NCBI RefSeq assembly: GCF_009914755.1
Contig: NC_060933.1
Strand: one strand, 5' to 3'
Length of the DNA: 64,000 nt
Source of the DNA: the human T2T-CHM13v2.0 reference genome, Homo sapiens
In this document: piece by piece, positions 56,056 through 64,000 of the stretch
How the letters are laid out: every line of letters starts with the position of its first letter
How positions within the stretch are numbered: position 1 is the first letter of the stretch
Program-made: the position numbers and the translations under genes
The notes under the pieces: generated by a model
What the model was told of the DNA's origin: nothing
The model's database searches: none
What the model saw: the letters and a program-made list of their open reading frames with translations, nothing else

Positions 56056-59000
56056 CCTAAAAACTAAAAACTGGATGTAGTTTGCTAATAACTAAACAGC
56101 AAATTAATTGTAACATGCTTACATATCAACGATGTCTTTCTTCTTTAATCATAAACCTGCTAAGAAGCTGCTGAAGTCCATGGTAGTGACAGGTACATGT
56201 CTGCATCCTTGTCCTGACCTGCATCTTCTTCGATTGTCCCCATCTGTGTCTCCGACTGGCACTGCCAAACCGGCTTGCTACCTGATCAGTGTTGTACTGA
56301 ACCGGACTGCTAACTGATCAATGTTGTTGAGCTCACTGCACAAAGCTGTTCTTACAAGGTAGATTTCTGCCTGGAATAGTCATACTTACACTGTTTATAT
56401 TCCTTACTCCTGACCCATCCAACGCAGCACAAGTTCTATTTATTGCCATAGAAACATAGGTCATTTGGAAACACCTCCTTCATTTCTATGGAATATTCAA
56501 ACATTTCTGACATTTTGGACTCTGTTCTAGCCTCTTGTTAAATATATCCAGAAAAGAGACAAAGCTTTATGGGGGGGCTATATGCACACATATGCTATAG
56601 AATAAGCTATCTAAATGCTTAAAAATACTTTCCATCTGGCACCGCACCTTAATAGGTAGACAGAAATTAAGACAGAAATTATACATATCTGTATAGATAC
56701 GTATAAATATATATCCCCAAAACAAAAACTCATTCTCTTACTTATACATAGGTAGAATATAGGTGAATATACATATACATTTATAGGTAGAACAAAAAAA
56801 CCCCTCAGCCTCTTTAGGGCCATGTGTTTTCTCTGAGTAATTGTCACAATTAATTAAAATACATGTGTATGCCTTTTTAGATAAATTCCATCAGACCAGT
56901 TTCTGTCTGGTTGGAAAATAATAACTGCCTATTTGCTAAGTGCCCCTGCCCCCATACTATGTTCCAGTGAACTAAAGACCTCTGGCAATCATAGATTTAC
57001 AGCTCAGCAAGATTAAACAATTTATTGTTATTTATGACATCCAAGCTGGATCTTCCGTATTATATTCCACATTCGCATCTATCACTTTACATTTGGGAGA
57101 TCCTGTCCAAAAAAAGATTATGCCTCCTAACCAAACATTCAGCAGGGCTGCAGGAACAGGCCCCCTGAACAAACATCCTGCCGAAGTACTTTAAAGCACC
57201 GTGAGCTCCCACAGCTGTGCATTTTCAGACGACTCAGCAGATTAACGTGGAGTCTCTTAGCCTCTGCTTGGTCTGTTCCTTTCAGTGATCTCTCACATGG
57301 CCCAGTCCATTCGGTTTGAAAATCCTCATGCAATGAGCAGATTAAGATCTGGCTTCAATAGAGGGCCATGGGGTGGGCATGGAGGGGAGAGGGTTTGCTC
57401 TTAACACAGCCTGAGCCTCAGAAAGGTTTCAGATGGAAAAGCAGGGCACTGACTCAGCTCATGCTTAACAGGAAATAATGCACAGACCACACCAAAAAAG
57501 CCCTTTATGTTGTGTGAAAGTCTATGCCGGAGCAGCTGCTGCCACCTCATGTACTGTGATAGAGTGTGCATGTGTGTGTTTGTGTGTGCATGAGTGTGAG
57601 TACGCACACAAATGTGTGCCGGGAGGGGGAGGAGCTCACACCTTCAACAGTCGCCACCTCAGCTTTAGCTAGCAGCATGGAGAAATGCCAAAAGTCAAGA
57701 GGAAGCTGCACCAAAGCAACTGTGATCACCACATCAGCAGGCGCTTTCTGGTTAGTAAAGCTACTGGGAAAAAAACACACACGATCTCGTCCTTCTTTTA
57801 TTTTAATCAGAGCAAAATATTTTTATAATAATTGTGTTATATGAATAAATAATTCATAATGCTGTAACCCATGATCACATTCAATCCTCCCAACAACCCT
57901 AGAAGATATGTAGACAAGTATTATTACTTTCCCTATTTTTATAAATGAGGAAATAAACCCCAGGAGGCTAGGCGACTTCCCCACGGTCATATAAGTTGCA
58001 AACAGTAGTATCATGATTCAAATCCAAAGCTTCTCCTTTTGTCTTTATCATTTTAATTTTGAAGGTAATGCATATGCATGTATGATCTTCTCAATCCAGA
58101 GATGTATATGGAATAGATAGGAAAAGGGACTCTCCTTCCCCATTATACACCCCCTCCACCAAAGCTATATCCACTGTTGACTACAGTATGTCCTTTCAAT
58201 CCTATTTTCTATGCCTACATTATATACAGAAAAGCAGGATTACGTTACACACAATATTCCAGTCATTGCTGTTTTTCACCAATAAGCTATCATTCACATC
58301 TTTTTCATACTACATATAAATTTATATCCTTTATTTTAGTGGTGTATATTGTGCGGTTGTGTCATAAATTATGTACCTGTTCTCTGTTGAACATATAGAT
58401 TTTTTCTGAGTTTTTCCTTAGCAAAATGCTGCAGTGAGTACCCTTGTACATAGATGTTTGTACATTTGTTCTAGAAAAATCTACAGTAAAGATTCTTAGA
58501 TTAAGAGATTCCCAGGTTATTAGAAAACTACTCTATTAATTTAGATATATACTTCCAAATTGCCTGACCAAAAAGTTATGTCAATTTAACTTCTATGAAC
58601 AGTATACAAACATGACAATTTTCCATCACCTACACCAACTCTGGGTAATTTCATCTTTTTTACAAGTTGATGGATTGTTTTAATTTGTATTTCTCTGGTT
58701 ATTAATAAGGTTGGCCACCTGTTCATGTGTTAGTATTGATGATATTTGTATTGAATTGTTTGAATTTTCTTGATTTGGAAAACCTTTTTACATGTCATAG
58801 ACATTAAATATTTGTTGTAAAACTCTCCTTCCAGTATTTTGTATGTGTTTGGTCAAGTAGAATAAACTCTTGTCCTCTGATTTCAGATTCCTTTCTCTTT
58901 CCATTAGAAATCCCTAAATGTAAAACTACATATTGATAGCTAAAAACCAGGATGTTTACTAGAGAAAAAGAATACGAAGGCAATAATTAAATATTATATT

Positions 59001-61485
59001 TATACAAAATACCTACTAGTACAAACTTAAAAAGAGAAAGTAAAAGTCAAATGCTTCTACGACTTCAGACTAAGAAAAAGAACTTTTGAGGTTGAATGTT
59101 CCTGAAATTTTTCTTTTCATGCAACTACGGACATGACTTCAAAAGTTGATGTTACTAAAAATGTAAGATATGAAAGATATTTGAAGACTCAGAGAAGGTG
59201 GATTTTCATTTTAACAAGTCACATATATATTCTAGATATCCTCTTATTCGTAACTAAGAGAGTCAAATCAGATGAAAGAATCTAAAAATTTCCCTTTGAC
59301 TGTGTTAAGTAGAAGTAGTAGAGGCATATTGGCCAAATCTTGAGTGTTTGCAAATTGACTCTTAAGGCTATAGGCTGGCACAGGTCATTGAAGCCCTAGC
59401 TTTTTATCTTTAATTTTAAAATCCCCAAACAATTTATACTAATTTTTCTTGTCCATTATTTCCAAATAATCTTGTTTAAATGTTATTACAGTGCTTGCTC
59501 ATGTTACTGTTGTCTAACAGAAGGGTATCCAGGGCCTTAAAACTGAAAGGGTTAGGATTAATGATTCCAATACCTATGCTTGGACATCTCCAAAAGTGGG
59601 TACCAACTTCTTGTCCTCAAGTCTGTATAGAAACTAGCAAACTTCCAGAGTTCACAAAAGGCTCAAAGAGAACAGATGTTTTATAGAAAATTCTTAGAGC
59701 AAGTTTCACGCATAATGTTGCTGATGTGTGTCTGCCTTTTCAATAAACATCACTATGCTTTATCACAAGATTTAATAAAGCAGCTTAGTTAAAAATGCCA
59801 TCTGGGTCTCTGGACACATTAAACAAAGCTTAAAATAACCACCCCAGCAACTGGGAGGACCCAGCTGTTCTCATAATCTGTCCCACTCCTTTTACTTCCC
59901 CATAAAAAGAGTGAATGAAGACCACAGACTAAAAGCATCCAGAATGAACTGACACAAACAGGGAGAGAGATGGAGCCAAGGGCTCCTGTAAGTTTGCTAT
60001 TGCTCACATAATAGATTTGCTAATTCCACAACCTGGGGATGGTGATTCAGAAAGGGAAGCAGAAAGAGAGAAGAGAGAATCATAGAAGGGCTCATTCAAG
60101 TTTTCTAATGTATCACAAACCTGTCCTCCCTAATGTCTGGATCATAGCAGCCCATTCCATTCACCTATTCTGTAGTGAACGCCAGTAGAAAATACAAAGC
60201 CATCACCACCCAGTTCTTTCTCCCTTCTAGAGATGAGATATTAGCCACCCAATCCCAGATTCTCAGATCCATTCCAGGAAAGAAGCCCTAGGTATTGAAG
60301 CACAGCTTTCCCTCCCTCCCTTCTTTCTTCCACCCCAAGATTTGTTCCCCAGATAGTTCTAGTAAATGCAAAACCAAGTATATTCTCATTCTTTAGAGCA
60401 ACCAGCTTTTCATGGCCAACTGGAATCAAATACAACCTGCACAAACATCTATCTGGAGGACACTCCCAAGGCTCCTACTGAGCCAGCCTTCTGCATACCA
60501 CTGCATTTCAGCTTCCTAGTTCACAAGACACTGAGACATTCTTGAATTCTGCAAGGTGCACTGTGTGTTAATATCATTGCTGCTCATCATGTGGCCAATA
60601 AAGTGCATGACTAGTCAACAAATAAATTTTCTCTTGGCTAAAACTTGCAACAAAACTGTAAGCTGTTTACCAAGGGGCCCACTACAGGTTATATTCAATA
60701 TATACAGTCAAATCATAATTATCTGAGATATATTCAGTTGACCATACACCTTTATATTTCAGTAAAAGGTCTTTACATTTCCCAGTGCTATCGATGTTAC
60801 AAAGTGCTTTCATATGCAGTGCTTCATCTGATTTCCAGGATAATTAAATGATCCTGTCATACCTGATTTTTAGATGAGGAAACAAGTGGTTTCTGGGTAT
60901 TTCAAGAGGCTAACGCATCTGCCCTCCAACTTGTATGTGAAAACCAAAAACAAAATTCCAAGGCCCCTCAACCATCTGAATGGACTTCGACTCTTTTGGT
61001 CAATATATGCCAGAGCTAGGAAAAGAAGGTGAGTCTTCCAGCTGCTGATACAGGGTTTTTTCTGCCATACTCCATTACCTCCAAGGCTAAAGTCAAAAGA
61101 GGGTGTGGTTATCACATGAAAAAATCTGGTTTGGATTTCCCAAATGTGTATGTAGTATTTGGTGATTTACCTTAATTTAACCTACAGTTCTTTTGGGTTG
61201 TAACAGTCTGACTCCATTTTTGAAAACAAAACAAAATCGATTTTAAATGCTGAATTATAGATCTTTGCTGTCCAGTATGGTAGCTACTAACCACTTATGG
61301 TTATTTGCATTTCTATTTTAATTAATTAAAATTAAGTAAAATGCAAAATTCAGTTCTTCAGTTGCTCTAGCCACATTTCAAGTGTTACAGTAGTCACATA
61401 TGGCTAGTAGCTGGGACAATGCAGATTATAGAACAGTTCCATCATCAAAGAAACTTCTATTGAACAGTGCTATTATATAATGTCA

Positions 61486-61835
<350 letters not shown>

Positions 61836-62883
61836 CAGAAACATCTTGAGGCAGGCATAGTGCTGTCATCTGTCCAATATTGAAGATGATTTAAGAATAA
61901 GAAAGAAGAAGAGAACAAAGAAGAGAAAAAGAAGTTGCCTTAGGTGTACCCACCCAGAAAAGGACAAAGGCATTCTTGTAGTCATTGTGTTGTATTTTAG
62001 CTCTTAAACTTTTTAAGAGATTAGAATAATTTGACACATAGAAGATCTAAACCACTGAAGAGGCTCTGAAGCAGATAAAAGTAGAAAGAAAATTAAAAAC
62101 TAATTAGTTACAAACTAAGCTTAACCACAATTCATTTAAACGATACTATTTACTCTTCACATGATTGGTTTTTCTTTTGCTTTATAGTATGACATAGTTT
62201 ATATCTTTAAAGGGGAATTAAAATATTTCTGGGAATTTTTAAAGGTAAGTTCACATAGCCACATAAAAACTACAGAAACAGATAAAACCTATCTTCTCAT
62301 TTATTCCCTAATCCATTCAAATTAAATATAAAAATCCAAGCAGCCACAGTGATATTCAAAAAAGCAAAAGTGAGACAAAACAAAATTCATTTGTCACCTG
62401 TGGAGGTAGTTAACTCACCTAATCTTCACTCCAAACACCAGTAATTTTTAAAAGACAGAAATAAACATATGTTCTGCCTTCCCGGAAGGAACTATGTTTC
62501 AGGGTAGCCAAATAACCCAGTTGTGAAGAAAATGGTCTGCTTATAGAAAAATGCCAGCTAAAACATGTAGATAGAATTAGAGAATTAGAAATTCACCATT
62601 TTGAAACCCCTAATGAAATAATCAACTCAAGCAAGGATCATTAATAAATGCTAAAACAATCAAGTAAATATTGATACAGAATATAACTGAATATACACAT
62701 GGTACAAAGTTCACGTCACAGACTACTGGCTTGACCCAAGGGGGAATATAACAGAGGAGATAGGCAGTGATCGCCCTAACCTTGCGATCATCTCACCATC
62801 ACTGATGATGGGATGTGAATACACATTATTGCCTATGAAATAGTCTTTAAAAAAAGAAGTTGAACCTGAATCTAACTAAACCT

Positions 62884-63230
62884 TGCAATGGGCTGAACGT
62901 GTATGTCTTCCCAAAATTAATATGTTGACATCCTAACCCCAAAGGTGCTGGTATTAAAAGGTGGGGCCTTTAGGGGGTCATTAGATCATAAGGACAGAGC
63001 CCTCATGATTGGAATTAGTGCCCTTATAAAAGAGGCCCCAGAGAGCTAACTAGTCTCTCCCACTATGTGAGGGCCCAGCAAGAAGGCCAATCTATGAACC
63101 AGAAAGTTGGTCCTAACCAGATATCAAAACCGCATGCTCCTTGATCTTAAACTTGCTAGTCTCTAGAACTGTGAGAAATAAATTTCTGTTCTTTATAAGT
63201 CATCCAGTTTTTGGTATTTTGTTATACCAG
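62884..63230 (+). mobile_element. MLT1A/B-type LTR
   Basis: TG..ATGGGCTGAA start; CTAGAACTGTGAGAAATAAAT...GTTATA end motifs. Confidence 0.7.
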
Positions 63231-63509
63231 GCCTAAAAGCCTTTAGAACTAACTTCCAGTTAACCAGGAAAAAACAGAGTGAAAAGTTAAATGACACCAT
63301 AAAAAGCAACCAGAAAATTCCAGAAGGGGAAATATTCTACAGGACCACTGACTAGTTTTTCAACAAGTCAATTTCATTAAATAAATACATAAACAAAGAG
63401 TGAGGGTATTTTCCAGGTTAAAAAAGTCTTGAGCTAAATAATCAAATGCAATGTGTGTCCCTTGATTAGAAGAAACTAATTTGAACAAACCAGCCACAAA
63501 AGATATTTC

Positions 63510-63762
63510 AGGGAGACCAAGCTGGAAGGATCACTTGAGGCCAGGAGTTTGAGACCAGCCTGGGCAACGTAGTAAGACCTCCATCTCTACAAAAACAATA
63601 AATTAGCTGGGCATGGTGGTGTGCACCTATAGTCCTAGCTACTCAGGAAGCTGAGGCAGGAAGATCACTTGAGCCCAGGAGTTTGAGGCTGCAATGAGCT
63701 ATGATTGTTTCACTGCACTTCAGGCTGTGTGAAAGAGCAAGACTTTGTCTCAAAAAATAAAA
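63510..63762 (+). mobile_element. 5'-truncated AluJ
   Basis: Partial left arm, full right arm, A tail. Confidence 0.85.
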
Positions 63763-64000
63763 GGACATTTCATAATAATTGAGGAAATCTGAATGTGGAC
63801 TGGGTAATAAATGATATAAAAAAACTATTTTTTATTTTGTTTGAAAAGATGATTTTGTAACCATACAGGAAAATGTTCTTATTTTTTAGAAATCTGCACT
63901 AAAGAATTTAGGGGTAAAATATCATTTTCTTTAATATACTTTCAAACACAAGCAAAAAATAATCATGACACAAATATAGCAAAATGTTTACAATCTATGT

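Overview
Human (hominoid) chromosome end read from the telomere inward. Bases 1-3688 are a C-strand (CCCTAA)n telomere array with a proximal variant-repeat zone. Next come the TAR1 / 37-29-61-bp TERRA promoter cassette, a DDX11L unprocessed pseudogene (+), and an 11-exon WASH gene (-) with an intronic MIR6859-type mirtron. A CpG-island bidirectional promoter is shared with the MIR1302 host RNA, followed by FAM138 (-), repeat-rich duplicon blocks, and an orphan PGM5 exon 2 with its intron 1. The order DDX11L-WASH-MIR1302-FAM138-PGM5 pseudogene next to a real telomere points to human 9p (DDX11L5, WASHC1, MIR1302-9, FAM138C, PGM5P3). That assignment is from recognition, not a search. Key points: (1) the spliced 465-codon WASH frame has an in-frame TAG at codon 183, which also creates a competing splice acceptor at the mirtron 3' end. 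(2) A phase-compatible chain of decayed minus-strand exons runs through and around FAM138 and may be an unannotated dead protein-coding gene; its resemblance to OAS/Mab-21 helical domains is by eye only. (3) The orphan PGM5 exon 2 is in frame with downstream FAM138 and WASH acceptors. (4) A hAT DNA transposon with an 8-bp TSD carries a 5S rRNA-derived fragment. Most long ORFs in the supplied track are repeat artefacts.
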